This document shows positions 49,352 to 60,298 of a stretch of DNA of 64,000 bases, piece after piece. A program made the translations under genes and the position numbers. Numbering within the stretch: position 1 is the first letter of the stretch; every line of letters begins with the position of its first letter. This stretch comes from Gammaproteobacteria bacterium (GTDB taxonomy: Bacteria > Pseudomonadota > Gammaproteobacteria > GCA-002705445 > GCA-002716945): NCBI GenBank assembly GCA_016779485.1, contig JADHNN010000001.1, positions 90,931 through 154,930 on the forward strand, read 5' to 3'. The notes below the pieces were generated by a model that was not told where the DNA came from, searched no databases, and saw nothing but the letters and a program-made list of their open reading frames with translations.

Positions 49352-51349
49352 ATGAAAGAATTAAATAAACTTAATAAAGAAAAAAGTTTGTACCTTCGTC
49401 AACATAAAGACAATCCTGTGAATTGGTATCCATGGTGTAATGAAGCATTTCTAGATGCAAAAGAACAGAATAAACCCGTTATGTTATCAATTGGATATTC
49501 AGCATGTCACTGGTGTCATGTCATGGCTCATGAATCATTTGAGGATAAAGAAACTGCTGATATTCTTAATAAAGAATTTATTAATATTAAAGTAGATAGA
49601 GAAGAAAGGCCTGATATTGACAAGATTTATCAAATGTCGCAATCGATTATCACAGGGAAAAATGGAGGATGGCCACTAACAATATTTATGGATCATGACA
49701 AATTTCCCTTTTTTGGAGGAACCTATTTTCCTAAAGAGGATAAGTATGGAATGCTTTCCTTCAAAAAGATACTAACTAGAGTTATAGATTTTTATACTAA
49801 TAATCAAGATGAAATAAAGTCACAAAATGTTAATGTTTTAGATGTTTTTAATAAATTACAAGAGCGAGAGTCTTGTAGTAATGAGATTAATGAAGTGACA
49901 ATACAAACACTAAAAACACAATTAAATTCAATAACAGATACTGTAAACGGCGGGTTTGGATCATCTCCTAAGTTTCCCCATTTCCCATCTTTATTGTTTT
50001 GTATTAATAACTGTGTTTCTGAATTAGATGAAAAAAAGATTTTATATACTCTTGATAGAATGTGTGTCAGTGGTATCAATGATCCTGTAGATGGTGGTTT
50101 TTTTCGATACTCTGTTGATGATCTTTTTATGATACCTCACTTTGAAAAGATGCTCTATGATAATGGTCCCATGATGAGCGTTTTATGCGACAGTTATAAT
50201 AAGTTTAATGATTCGTTCTACTTAAAAAAAGCAAAAGAAATATTTAGTTGGGTTGATAAGTTTATGACTGCTGAGAATGGTTGTTTCTTTTCAACAATTG
50301 ACGCTGACTCTGAAGGAGAAGAAGGTAAATATTATGTCTTTTCAAGTGATGAAATAAATAAAAATTTCGATAGTAATGAAATAGACCTTATAGAAAAATA
50401 TTTCACAGATTCTAAAAAAACTAACTTTGAGGGATCCTATCACTTGCATGTTTATAGGAAAAATGAATCTGATTACAAGAAAAATTTTCATAAGTTTGAA
50501 AAAATAATGACTAAGTTTTCTCAACTGAGAGAGAATAAAATAATGCCAGGTATAGATAAAAAAATCCTACTCTCATGGAATTGTCTTTATATAAAAGGAT
50601 TAATTAATTTCTATAAAATAACTAATGATAAAAAAGTGTTAAATGTCATAGATAAAGCTTTCAATTTCATTTTCAAACAAATGATTACTCATAATGAGAT
50701 TTATTCATGCTTTAATGAAGAAGCCTGCTTCCCAGGTTATCTGGACGACTATGCTATGCTTGGTTCTTCTTTGATTGACTATCTATCTATTAAATGGAGC
50801 AAGGAACATTATGATATTTGTAAACGAATATGCAATGATTTGATAAATAATTTTGAGGATACTAAAAAAGGAGGTTACTTTTTTACATCTAATCATCATG
50901 AAAAACTTTTTTACCGACCAAAATCTATTTCAGATGATTCTGTACCATCAGGACTAGTATATGCAACTGACACATTGCTAAGTATGGGTTATATTTCAGG
51001 TGAAAACAGCTTCATAGAATCTGCACATAGGTCAATAGATTATGTTCGCAAAACATTTGGAGATAATTTAACGTCCAATGTCAGTGCAATAAATTTATTG
51101 AATAACAGTAATATAGAAAAAGAGATAATTATTATTAGGTGTAATGAAGATTCTTGGAACTTAATCAAAAACAATAAAGGATATTATAAAAAATATATAA
51201 TTCATATAAATGATAGCGATACTGACTTACCAGACGCTATTAAATCTAAGAAAGTATCCTCCAATTTTTCGGCTTTTATTTGCAAAGGAATGACTTGCTC
51301 AGCACCTATAATTAACCTTGAAGATTTTATTAGATCTTTAAATGTTTAA
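49352..51349 (+). CDS. Thioredoxin-domain protein, YyaL/SSP411 family
   Basis: [46 protein letters not shown]. Confidence 0.92.
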   Translation: MKELNKLNKEKSLYLRQHKDNPVNWYPWCNEAFLDAKEQNKPVMLSIGYSACHWCHVMAHESFEDKETADILNKEFINIKVDREERPDIDKIYQMSQSIITGKNGGWPLTIFMDHDKFPFFGGTYFPKEDKYGMLSFKKILTRVIDFYTNNQDEIKSQNVNVLDVFNKLQERESCSNEINEVTIQTLKTQLNSITDTVNGGFGSSPKFPHFPSLLFCINNCVSELDEKKILYTLDRMCVSGINDPVDGGFFRYSVDDLFMIPHFEKMLYDNGPMMSVLCDSYNKFNDSFYLKKAKEIFSWVDKFMTAENGCFFSTIDADSEGEEGKYYVFSSDEINKNFDSNEIDLIEKYFTDSKKTNFEGSYHLHVYRKNESDYKKNFHKFEKIMTKFSQLRENKIMPGIDKKILLSWNCLYIKGLINFYKITNDKKVLNVIDKAFNFIFKQMITHNEIYSCFNEEACFPGYLDDYAMLGSSLIDYLSIKWSKEHYDICKRICNDLINNFEDTKKGGYFFTSNHHEKLFYRPKSISDDSVPSGLVYATDTLLSMGYISGENSFIESAHRSIDYVRKTFGDNLTSNVSAINLLNNSNIEKEIIIIRCNEDSWNLIKNNKGYYKKYIIHINDSDTDLPDAIKSKKVSSNFSAFICKGMTCSAPIINLEDFIRSLNV

Positions 51350-52115
51350 ATTAGTTATATCTATAGTTCTTTTACTAATTCGTCTTCCTTTATTAATATT
51401 GTTAATAGCTTTTGGATTATTAGCAATTAATTTTTATCCTAAAGACGTATCCAAATTCAAAAAATCTCACTACCTCGTGATGATGCTATGGATGAAAGTT
51501 CTCTCTATATTATTGGGCATAAGAACTATTATTGCTGGAAATGTTGATAATTCAGCTGATTTATATGTTTCTAATCATGTGACATATCTAGATATAATTA
51601 TTATCAATAAATTACTCCCAGTTAATTTCATTGCGAAAAGCGAAATTGCTAATTGGCCTATTGTTGGTAATTTAGCTTCGAGAACAGGCACTTTATATAT
51701 AAAGCGAGGAGATAATATAGAGTCTAAAAAAATTATTAATGAAATGCAAAAAAGGCTAGATTCAAATAAAAAGATATTTTTCTTTCCTGAAGGAAGAATT
51801 GGCAACGGTAGAAGGATAAAAAAGTTTCATTCTAAACTCTTTAAGGCAGTTGAAAACAGACAGATATCAATACAGCCTGTAGTGATAAGATATCCTAAAA
51901 GTTATCCTGGTGATACAAGCTATTCAAATGATATTTCTGTAAAAAGTCAAGAAGGAGAAATGATAAGGTTATATTTGGATTTTCTTATGAAGCCTAAGTC
52001 TCATGTAATATTGCACTTTCTTGAAAAGGTTAATACACGAGACTATGATTTCATACAACTTACTAGTTTGACCGAAGATAAAATTAATAAAGTGCTTGAT
52101 AAGCTTGACTCTTAA
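51342..52115 (+). CDS. Lysophospholipid acyltransferase (PlsC family)
   Basis: NHVTYLD, FIAK, FFPEG motifs. Confidence 0.88.
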   Translation: MFKLVISIVLLLIRLPLLILLIAFGLLAINFYPKDVSKFKKSHYLVMMLWMKVLSILLGIRTIIAGNVDNSADLYVSNHVTYLDIIIINKLLPVNFIAKSEIANWPIVGNLASRTGTLYIKRGDNIESKKIINEMQKRLDSNKKIFFFPEGRIGNGRRIKKFHSKLFKAVENRQISIQPVVIRYPKSYPGDTSYSNDISVKSQEGEMIRLYLDFLMKPKSHVILHFLEKVNTRDYDFIQLTSLTEDKINKVLDKLDS

Positions 52116-52453
52116 ATCATACCTCTTTTATCAGCCTCGCCACCAATTTTAACATCAACTGTGATATCTGTTGTGGGTGTCCATTGACATGCTATAACCA
52201 TGCCATTTGCCATTTCATCTTTTGTAAGTAACGCAGTTGGATCGCACGGGCTAGATGGGTACTTGCCTTCACCATCAGTTATTGTAGCTCTACATGAACC
52301 ACAGCTGCCTACTTTACATGAACAAGGCCAAGCAATGTTTTGCCTTAAAGCTGCTTTCATTAGTAGTTCATTTGGTTCGCATGTAAAAGTCTCACCAGAT
52401 CCTTTGACCGTAACTTTTACAGGTTCCTTTTTCTTAAAAAATCCGAATACCAT
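52112..52453 (-). CDS. Standalone plant-type 2Fe-2S ferredoxin
   Basis: C-x4-C-x2-C (CKVGSCGSC) ... IACQ; RBS GGAGG. Confidence 0.88.
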   Translation of the reverse strand: MVFGFFKKKEPVKVTVKGSGETFTCEPNELLMKAALRQNIAWPCSCKVGSCGSCRATITDGEGKYPSSPCDPTALLTKDEMANGMVIACQWTPTTDITVDVKIGGEADKRGMI

Positions 52454-52529
52454 AATTCCCTCCGTATGTATAATTACGAATATTTAAGTGGACACTATAA
52501 CATAACTCTTGGTTCTATAAAGAGGCATT

Positions 52530-53837
52530 TCAGCTAAATAATACTCTTCGAGTCTGGTTGAGGTGTAGAAAGAGAAGAATACTACGAGTCAGGAAAAAAA
52601 GAATAAATGGATACCATATTAAGGAACCTATATTAGGATGTAAAATATAGATGCTGGAAAAATAAACTAGCCCTGAAATTATCATAATATTTCTCATAAG
52701 CTGATGTTGAAGACCACCTATTAATATGCCATCTATACAAAAAGCAATAGAGCCGAAAATTATGACTAATAGTAAAAAAAAGAAATTTTGTTCTGCTTTT
52801 TGTATAACATCTATGTGAGATGTTATTAAGCTAAATATATTACTTGAAAATATTATAAAAATAGATAGAAATATAAGTGCGATTAAAAGTGTAAATTTAA
52901 AGCTAGATCTAACAACGAAGTCATACTTCTGAACATTTTTCTCACCAACAGAATTTCCAACCATGACTTCACTTGCATGAGCAAATGCATCTATCCCATA
53001 TGAGAAGATAAAAAAGAAATTTAATAATATGGTGTTTGCTGCAAGCATAATCTCACCATGATCAGCACTTATACTCATGAAATGAGCAAAACAAGTCATT
53101 AATATGACAGATCTTATAAACATATTGCCATTGACTAACAGTTTATTTTTTAAACTAGTGAAACTACTTACTGATTCTTTAAATATCCTCTTATTCAGAA
53201 AACCTCTATCATTAATTAAAAATATAATGATAAAAATAATTATAGAGGACTCAGAAATCAAAGAGGCATAAGCTACACCTTCAATATTCATATTTAAAAT
53301 GAAAACAAAATAATAATCTAGAATAATATTTAATAAATTTATTGTGATTATTATTTTCATAGCTGTTGATACTCTTTTAATCCCAATAAGATAGCCAATA
53401 AAGATATCTCTTAAAAAGATGGCAGGTATGGACCAAAATCTTATATCCAAATAAACTGCGGCATTGTCATTAATAGCGCCCGGCTCTCCTAAAATCGAAA
53501 GTGAATACCATATCAACGCATCTTTAAAAAAAAGTAACAAAAAAGAGATTAGTGCTGAAATTATAATAATTTGATGAATAGTAGTTATTTTTTTATCATT
53601 TCCCAAGTTATCAAACTGGGAAATATATCCAGTAGTTGTTGATTTTATGAAGCCGAAACTAAACAATATATAGCTCATAATAATTGCGCCTAATCCTGCT
53701 GATGCAAGATATAAAGGACTATTTAGATGCCCCAAAACAGCATTATCTACTAATCCCACAAGGGGTACTGAGAGATTTGAAAAGACTAAGGGTAATGCTA
53801 TTTTTAGAATTTGCCTATCAATAGAATAAGCAAGCAT
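52530..53837 (-). CDS. MATE family efflux transporter (DinF-like)
   Basis: NLSVPLVGLVDNAVLGHL, NIILD, LAAN, about 12 TM. Confidence 0.88.
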   Translation of the reverse strand: MLAYSIDRQILKIALPLVFSNLSVPLVGLVDNAVLGHLNSPLYLASAGLGAIIMSYILFSFGFIKSTTTGYISQFDNLGNDKKITTIHQIIIISALISFLLLFFKDALIWYSLSILGEPGAINDNAAVYLDIRFWSIPAIFLRDIFIGYLIGIKRVSTAMKIIITINLLNIILDYYFVFILNMNIEGVAYASLISESSIIIFIIIFLINDRGFLNKRIFKESVSSFTSLKNKLLVNGNMFIRSVILMTCFAHFMSISADHGEIMLAANTILLNFFFIFSYGIDAFAHASEVMVGNSVGEKNVQKYDFVVRSSFKFTLLIALIFLSIFIIFSSNIFSLITSHIDVIQKAEQNFFFLLLVIIFGSIAFCIDGILIGGLQHQLMRNIMIISGLVYFSSIYILHPNIGSLIWYPFILFFLTRSILLFLHLNQTRRVLFS

Positions 53838-53841
53838 ATTT

Positions 53842-54009
53842 TTATGAGATTTCGATCATATCAAAGTCAGATTTTGTGGCGCCACAATCAGGACACATCC
53901 AAGTGTCAGGGACATCTTCCCATTTAGTACCTGGTTCTATATCATCTTCGGGCCATCCTTTTGACTCGTCATATATAAGTCCACAAATTAAACAAAGATA
54001 CTTCTTCAT
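53842..54009 (-). CDS. Rubredoxin (55 aa, not in the ORF track)
   Basis: Own translation: [55 protein letters not shown], with two CxxCG motifs. Confidence 0.95.
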   Translation of the reverse strand: MKKYLCLICGLIYDESKGWPEDDIEPGTKWEDVPDTWMCPDCGATKSDFDMIEIS

Positions 54010-54060
54010 AAGTTCGTAAAGATTAACTTCTTAGTTATAATTAATCAATACAAAGATAGT

Positions 54061-54702
54061 ATGAAAAAAAATAAACTTACAGGCATATATCCAATATCAC
54101 CAAATTACATTTATTCAGATGATGATTATCTTGAAAAATGTTTTATTGTAATATCTAGTGGTATAAATATTTTTCAATTCAGGACACCATATGTTTCTGC
54201 TAGAAAGAAACGTTATCTACTTACTGAGCTATACAATTACTGCAATAATTCTGAGGTACAATTAATAATTAATAATGACTATCATTTATTGAGATATTAT
54301 GATGGTGCAGGCTTACATATTGGGAGAGCAGATCTTTCGCTGACAAAAATTAAAAATCTAATTGGGTATGAGACTATTGTTGGCTTTTCATGTGGTTCAG
54401 AGATTCATGACACCAATAAGTTAAAAGATTATGGGATATCTTATGCTTCTCTTGGGGCTGCCTATTCAAGTAAAACAAAAGGCACAACAGATAGCCTAGA
54501 AACAAATATAATAAAATATTATTCAGATGATAGGGTAATTCCTTTTTGCATAATTGGTGGAATAGATAGTAGAAATATAGAATCTATAATTAGTTATAAA
54601 CCAGATATGATAGCTATAAGTGATGGTATATTTAGAGAAGATGTGGATAATATAAAAAAAACAATAACTATATATCAAGGATATTTTAATGCTAAGGAAT
54701 AA
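54061..54702 (+). CDS. thiE: Thiamine-phosphate synthase (divergent)
   Basis: QFR, IINND, GLHIG, SKTK, IGGI; thiE-hemL synteny. Confidence 0.8.
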   Translation: MKKNKLTGIYPISPNYIYSDDDYLEKCFIVISSGINIFQFRTPYVSARKKRYLLTELYNYCNNSEVQLIINNDYHLLRYYDGAGLHIGRADLSLTKIKNLIGYETIVGFSCGSEIHDTNKLKDYGISYASLGAAYSSKTKGTTDSLETNIIKYYSDDRVIPFCIIGGIDSRNIESIISYKPDMIAISDGIFREDVDNIKKTITIYQGYFNAKE

Positions 54703-55975
54703 GTCAAAAGCTCTCTTTAATAAAACAAAAAAAATTATTCCTGGAGGTGTAAACTCTCCAGTTAGATCATTTTCAGCTGTTTCATCAACTCCGTTTATAG
54801 TTAAAAAAGCAAAGGGCTCATCGATAACAGATATTGATAATAATAACTATATTGATTTCATAGGATCATGGGGAGCAATGATACTAGGTCATAGTGATAA
54901 CAGAATTATTAAGAAACTAAATAGTATTTCCAAAAATGGTTTAACGTATGGTGCGCCTCATGAGGCTGAAACAAAAATTGCTGAATTTATAATCAAAAAT
55001 ATTCCTGCAGTCGAAAAAATAAGAATGGTAAATTCTGGAACAGAAGCAACAATGAGTGCAGCAAGATTGGCAAGAGGTTATACAAATAAAGATATTATTA
55101 TTAAATTTAATGGCTGCTACCATGGTCATGGTGATGCATTTCTAGTGGAGGCTGGTTCAGGGGCAGCTACTTATGGAAAGCCAAGTTCAAGCGGAGTAAC
55201 AAAAGGCTCATCAAAGGATACGATATCGATACCTTATAATGATAAGGAGTTATTAAAAAAAACATTTAATAGATATAAAGATAAAATTGCATGTGTGATT
55301 ATTGAGCCAATTGCTGGGAATATGAATTTTGTAAAATCAAATAAGGATTTCCTGAAATTAGCTAGACAGCTATGTACAAAAAATAAATCTCTTTTAATAT
55401 TTGATGAGGTTATGACAGGTTTTAGAGTGAATTTCAAAGGCGCACAACATTTATATGGCATCAAACCCGATCTAACAACCTTTGGTAAAGTTATAGGAGG
55501 TGGTTTGCCAGTGGGTGCATTTGGTGGTAAATCAAAGATAATGGATATGCTTGCCCCTGATGGCCCTATCTACCAAGCAGGAACTCTTTCTGGTAATCCA
55601 TTAGCTATGCATTGTGGACTAGAAACTCTTAAAATCATATCAAATAAATCTTTCTTTAAGAAATTAAGTGCAAAAACAAAATCATTTGTTAATGGCTTAA
55701 ACGAGATTGCAAAAAAAAATAATTACCCTTTCCATGCAGATTCAGAGGGAGGAATGTTTGGTTTATATTTCACAAACAATAAACCCAAAAACATTGAAGA
55801 CATTAAAAATTCAAATATAAAACATTTCAATAAGTTTTTTAATTATATGTTGAGTAATGGTGTTTTTTTTGCACCTTCTGCATATGAAGCGGGATTTATA
55901 TCTGAAGCTCACACTCAAAAGGATTTTAGTGAAGTATATAAATTATTTACTAAATTTATTAAATCTATTACCTGA
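54689..55975 (+). CDS. hemL: Glutamate-1-semialdehyde 2,1-aminomutase
   Basis: PGGVNSPVRSF, NSGTEATM, FDEVMTGFR, GKVIGGGLP, YQAGTLSGNP. Confidence 0.97.
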   Translation: MLRNKSKALFNKTKKIIPGGVNSPVRSFSAVSSTPFIVKKAKGSSITDIDNNNYIDFIGSWGAMILGHSDNRIIKKLNSISKNGLTYGAPHEAETKIAEFIIKNIPAVEKIRMVNSGTEATMSAARLARGYTNKDIIIKFNGCYHGHGDAFLVEAGSGAATYGKPSSSGVTKGSSKDTISIPYNDKELLKKTFNRYKDKIACVIIEPIAGNMNFVKSNKDFLKLARQLCTKNKSLLIFDEVMTGFRVNFKGAQHLYGIKPDLTTFGKVIGGGLPVGAFGGKSKIMDMLAPDGPIYQAGTLSGNPLAMHCGLETLKIISNKSFFKKLSAKTKSFVNGLNEIAKKNNYPFHADSEGGMFGLYFTNNKPKNIEDIKNSNIKHFNKFFNYMLSNGVFFAPSAYEAGFISEAHTQKDFSEVYKLFTKFIKSIT

Positions 55976-57254
55976 TTATAGTAATTTGAACGTCTGCTAC
56001 ATTAGTACCGGTAGCACCAACTTTTACCAAGGATTTGGTCTTCTCAAAAAAAGAATAAGAATCATTGTTAGACAAATATAAATCAATATCAAGATCGCCT
56101 TTATGATAATTATTTAAAGTTTCGTTATCCACTATTGCGCCTGCAGCATCAGTTGGACCATCAATGCCATCTGTGCCTACAGAATATAAGCAAATATCTT
56201 TTTTACATTTGCTATTGATATATTTTTTAAGAAAAGAAAGTGCAAATTCCTGATTTCTACCCCCTTTTCCAGTACCCGTGAGATTTACAAGAGTTTCTCC
56301 TCCAGAAATTAAAATAGTATTTTGATTATCTATACTATTGACATGATCAAATAACTTTATAGCATCATCCACTGCTAAATTCTCATAAGGCTTATCTATT
56401 TTTATTACATTAAAGTTTTTGTTTCTAGCAAGTGTATATAATGTTTCTTTAAAAACATTATTGCTACTTATAATCTCAGTTATATTATTGCTAAAAGCTT
56501 TTGGCGTCTCATAAGAAGAATTATCTTTGCCTTCTCTAAGATGTTCCCTTACTGATAGAGGCGTTTTATCAAAGATATTATATTTATTAAGGACATTGAT
56601 AGCATCAACAAATGTTGATGAATCAGCAACCGTAGGCCCACTCGCTATAGAGCTTAAATCATCATTTATAACATCTGAAATAATCAAAGAAATTGTTTTG
56701 CTTGGCAATGCGGCTAAGTTTAATCGTCCCCCCTTAATTTTAGAAACATGTTTTCTAACTGTATTAATTTCATTTATATTGCATCCAGATGCTAATAATA
56801 AATTTGTGAGTGAAATTTTATCTTCTAATTGAATCCCGTCAGCAGGCAGAGATAATAAAGATGATCCACCACCACTAATCAAAAAGACTACTAAATCATT
56901 AGCATTTGAATTGCTTACATACTCTAGGATTTCTTTTGACGCTGCAACACTCTTATCATCAGGTGTAGGGTGGGATGAAATAATGTGTTTAAAATCATAA
57001 TTTGAATTATTTACTTGAGGATTGCTAACTACAATAGGTTCTTTATAGATTTTTGATTGATGTTTATTGCTTAGATAATTTAATAGACCATCCATCATCA
57101 TTACAGAAGCTTTACCTATAGCAACAGGAAAAATTCTTGATGAATCAGAAAAATGTGGTTCATAAGTTTCTGAAGATTTACGAACAATATTAGATGGACT
57201 TTGGAGAGCTATAGCCTCTTCAAATAATGAATGCGCAATAGCTCTCAATGTCAT
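55968..57254 (-). CDS. Glycerate kinase, class II (TtuD/MOFRL family)
   Basis: IGKAS, HPTPD, LISGGGSSL, KGGRL, IASGPT, GGRNQE, GTDGIDG, TGTNVAD. Confidence 0.92.
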   Translation of the reverse strand: MTLRAIAHSLFEEAIALQSPSNIVRKSSETYEPHFSDSSRIFPVAIGKASVMMMDGLLNYLSNKHQSKIYKEPIVVSNPQVNNSNYDFKHIISSHPTPDDKSVAASKEILEYVSNSNANDLVVFLISGGGSSLLSLPADGIQLEDKISLTNLLLASGCNINEINTVRKHVSKIKGGRLNLAALPSKTISLIISDVINDDLSSIASGPTVADSSTFVDAINVLNKYNIFDKTPLSVREHLREGKDNSSYETPKAFSNNITEIISSNNVFKETLYTLARNKNFNVIKIDKPYENLAVDDAIKLFDHVNSIDNQNTILISGGETLVNLTGTGKGGRNQEFALSFLKKYINSKCKKDICLYSVGTDGIDGPTDAAGAIVDNETLNNYHKGDLDIDLYLSNNDSYSFFEKTKSLVKVGATGTNVADVQITIIR

Positions 57255-57263
57255 CTAGATAGA

Positions 57264-58235
57264 TTAAACAACTTTATTTGGTAGATCCTTTCCATCAAAA
57301 TAAGCAAGTGCATTATTGATAGCAGTATCTCCCATTGCAATCCTTGTTTCTATAGTTGCACTTCCAAGATGAGGAAATGATACTACATTTTCAAGTGTTT
57401 TTAACTCAGTTGGTATGTTAGGTTCGGTTTCAAAGACATCAAGTCCTGCACCAGCTATTTTTTTATTTACAAGAGCATCTACTAATGCTTTTTCATCAAT
57501 AATATCACCTCGAGCAGTATTGATGACAAACGCACTTGATTTCATGAGTTCAAATCTTTCTTTGTTCATTAAATGAAATGTTTCTTTTGTAGCAGGACAA
57601 TTAACAGAAATAAAATCAGATTCTCTACATATATCTTCGATTGTATCAAGTTTAGTTGCTTCAAATTTATTAACAACATCAGAAGGAATATCGTATGGGT
57701 CCCAATAAAGAATATCCATATTAAATCCAAATTTAGCCCTTTGAGCAACTGCTTGTCCAATCCTTCCAAAACCAATAACACCTAATTTTTTACCTGTAAC
57801 TTTTGTCCCAAGTAAATGTGTCGGTCTCCATCCTGTCCAGTTTTCTGCTCTAAGCTCTCTTTCACCCTCACTAACTCTTCTTGCAACCATTAACAGTAAT
57901 GACATTGTAATATCTGCTGTACAGTCTGTTAGCACAGATGGTGTATTAGAAACTGTTATGCCAAGTTCTTTAGCAGCTTCGATATCAATATGATTAAAAC
58001 CAACACCAAAGTTAGCAATCATATTAGCTTTTCTTCCGTCGACACTAAGAACTTCGCGTGTAACTTTATCGGTTACTGTAGGCATAAAGACATCACAATT
58101 CTTAAGCGCATCCTTTAGTTGATCTGTTGTGAAAGGTGTATCAGACTCATTAAAAGTCACATCAAAATGTTCTCTTAGTCTCTCTTCATTAGCCTCAGGC
58201 CAACGTCTTGTCACTATAGCTTTAGGTTTACTCAT
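57264..58235 (-). CDS. Glyoxylate/hydroxypyruvate reductase (D-2-hydroxyacid dehydrogenase)
   Basis: GVGFNHID, NTP, GFGRIG, INTARG, LDVFETEP, PHLGSAT; start trimmed to MSKPKA. Confidence 0.9.
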   Translation of the reverse strand: MSKPKAIVTRRWPEANEERLREHFDVTFNESDTPFTTDQLKDALKNCDVFMPTVTDKVTREVLSVDGRKANMIANFGVGFNHIDIEAAKELGITVSNTPSVLTDCTADITMSLLLMVARRVSEGERELRAENWTGWRPTHLLGTKVTGKKLGVIGFGRIGQAVAQRAKFGFNMDILYWDPYDIPSDVVNKFEATKLDTIEDICRESDFISVNCPATKETFHLMNKERFELMKSSAFVINTARGDIIDEKALVDALVNKKIAGAGLDVFETEPNIPTELKTLENVVSFPHLGSATIETRIAMGDTAINNALAYFDGKDLPNKVV

Positions 58236-58245
58236 CTCATATCTC

Positions 58246-59412
58246 CTAGTTTGATGACCAATACTTAGATGCAGCCGCTGCGCCACTACCAGGCTCAACT
58301 TTTATACCATTATCAAGCATTGCCATCTCAGCACCAGATATTGCACCAAATAACATGCATTCATTTAAATCACCTAGGTGACCAATTCTGAATACTTTAC
58401 CCGCCACTTTAGATAAGCCAGCTCCTAGAGCTAAATTATATTTATTAAATGCAGTACTAATTACTTTCGCGCCATCAATACCCTCTGGAACCATAATCGC
58501 AGATACTGTGTCTGAGTACCATTTTTCTTCTTTAGCACACAGTTTGAGACCCCAACCTTCTGTTATTGCCTTTCTAGTACCTTCAGCTAAACGATGATGT
58601 CTTTTCCATACATTCTCTAGCCCTTCTTCAAATATCATATCTATGGCTACTCGAAATCCTCTTAATAAATTAACAGGTGGGGTATATGGAAGATATCCCC
58701 CATCAAGTTTCTCAATCATATCAGCAACATCGAAATAACATGTTGGATAATTTGAGTCTTTCATAGCAGCAATAGCTTTTTGACTAACACCTAAAATACC
58801 AAGCCCAGCTGGCATCATAAATCCTTTTTGGGATCCACTTACTATGCAGTCTACTCCCCATTTATCCATTTCAAATTCATAACTTGCGACAGAGCTTACT
58901 CCATCTACAAACAGAAGTGCTGGATGGTTCAAGTCATCTAAAATTTTTCTTATCGCTTGGACGTCACTTCGTACACCTGTAGCTGTTTCATTTTGACAAA
59001 CAAGCACAGCTTTTATTTCATGGTTTTTATCCTCTGAAAGATGTTTATGATAACTCTCAGGATTAGCTCCTGTACCCCATTCCTCTTCCATTGTAATTGG
59101 TTCAAATTGTAATCTTTTGCACATATCTAACCACAACATGCTGAATTGCCCGAAGCTAGCTCCTAGCACTTTATCTCCTATATTCAGAGTATTCTGCAAA
59201 GCTGCTTCCCAGCAACCTGTTCCAGATGATGGAAAGAACACTACTTTCCCTGTTTCAGTTCTTAAAAGTTTCTTCAAATCTTGTGTAATAGGTTGGATAA
59301 GATCTGGTATTGTTGGGTTTCTATGATCTTCCATTGGGCAATGAATTGCTTGTTGGACTGCAGATGGCACATTTGATGGACCGGGTACGAATAAAAAGTG
59401 ATATCCTGACAT
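58246..59412 (-). CDS. sgaA: Serine--glyoxylate aminotransferase-like class V aminotransferase
   Basis: HFLFVPGP, EDHR, GTG.WE, FGQFS, NETATGV, VDGVSS, GSQK, PYTP, FRIGHLG; resembles methylotroph SgaA and plant AGT1. Confidence 0.78.
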   Translation of the reverse strand: MSGYHFLFVPGPSNVPSAVQQAIHCPMEDHRNPTIPDLIQPITQDLKKLLRTETGKVVFFPSSGTGCWEAALQNTLNIGDKVLGASFGQFSMLWLDMCKRLQFEPITMEEEWGTGANPESYHKHLSEDKNHEIKAVLVCQNETATGVRSDVQAIRKILDDLNHPALLFVDGVSSVASYEFEMDKWGVDCIVSGSQKGFMMPAGLGILGVSQKAIAAMKDSNYPTCYFDVADMIEKLDGGYLPYTPPVNLLRGFRVAIDMIFEEGLENVWKRHHRLAEGTRKAITEGWGLKLCAKEEKWYSDTVSAIMVPEGIDGAKVISTAFNKYNLALGAGLSKVAGKVFRIGHLGDLNECMLFGAISGAEMAMLDNGIKVEPGSGAAAASKYWSSN

Positions 59413-59512
59413 ATGATTTTTCCTAAATAACTGTTAATTGATTGGGGTTACCCTAAATAATTCGGTTTATTATGCCACATTTAGTTAAATTTTAAACTAG
59501 AATGTACCCACA

Positions 59513-60298
59513 TTGGACTTATTATCTATGGAACATATATACATATACATACTTATTGGCTTCTTAGGTGGTATCACTGCTGGAATGCTTGGCTTGGGAG
59601 GCGGTATTATATTTGTTCCTGGCTTGATGATTATTCATAAATACTATGGACTATTTAGTGGTTATGAACTACAAGTTGCAGTATATACTTCGTTGATAAG
59701 TATAATTTTCGCAGGTTCAACAAGCTCTATACTCCATTATAAAAATAGACTGATAGATATAAGTATTATAAAGAAGTACTCCATATACGTCATTTTAGGT
59801 TCTTTTTTTGGTATTTATATCCTTGAACATGTTTCATCGGAATTATTGGAGCTTGTCTATAGTGTAATACTCATTATTCTTGCTCTACTTCTTATAAGTG
59901 ATGCGAAGATAATTAGAAATAATATTAATTATCTTAACAAAGCTGGTAATCTATATTTTTTTGCTAATGGATCAATTAGTTCGCTGATGGGTATTGGGGG
60001 TGGTACTTTATCAGTTCCATATTTATCATTTTTGATTGCTGATATTAAAAGGTCAATTGCATCTGCATCCGCTATTGGATTAATTATTGCCGTATCATCT
60101 TTATTATACATGTTTGTTTTAAATCCATCCATATATAGTGAAAAAATTAATCATATTTCTTTATTCATACTCATACCTTCAGGGATTTTAGGTTCTTATA
60201 CTGGCGTTTATCTTTTGAGAATCTTAAATCCCGATAAAGTAAAAAATATTTTTTCTACTTTATTATTAGTGGTAGCAGTGTATTTACTATTTGATTAA
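59513..60298 (+). CDS. TauE/SafE sulfite-exporter family permease
   Basis: GMLGLGGGIIFVP and LMGIGGGTLSVP duplicated motifs. Confidence 0.87.
   Translation: MDLLSMEHIYIYILIGFLGGITAGMLGLGGGIIFVPGLMIIHKYYGLFSGYELQVAVYTSLISIIFAGSTSSILHYKNRLIDISIIKKYSIYVILGSFFGIYILEHVSSELLELVYSVILIILALLLISDAKIIRNNINYLNKAGNLYFFANGSISSLMGIGGGTLSVPYLSFLIADIKRSIASASAIGLIIAVSSLLYMFVLNPSIYSEKINHISLFILIPSGILGSYTGVYLLRILNPDKVKNIFSTLLLVVAVYLLFD

Noticed and set aside
53842-54009. Rubredoxin as evidence of alkane degradation
   Set aside because: Rubredoxin beside thiE-hemL is a common proteobacterial arrangement, and no alkB is present in the window.
58246-59412. BhcA of the beta-hydroxyaspartate cycle
   Set aside because: No bhcBCD nearby; the HFLFVPGP, EDHR and FGQFS motifs and the reductase/glycerate kinase neighbours fit SgaA better.
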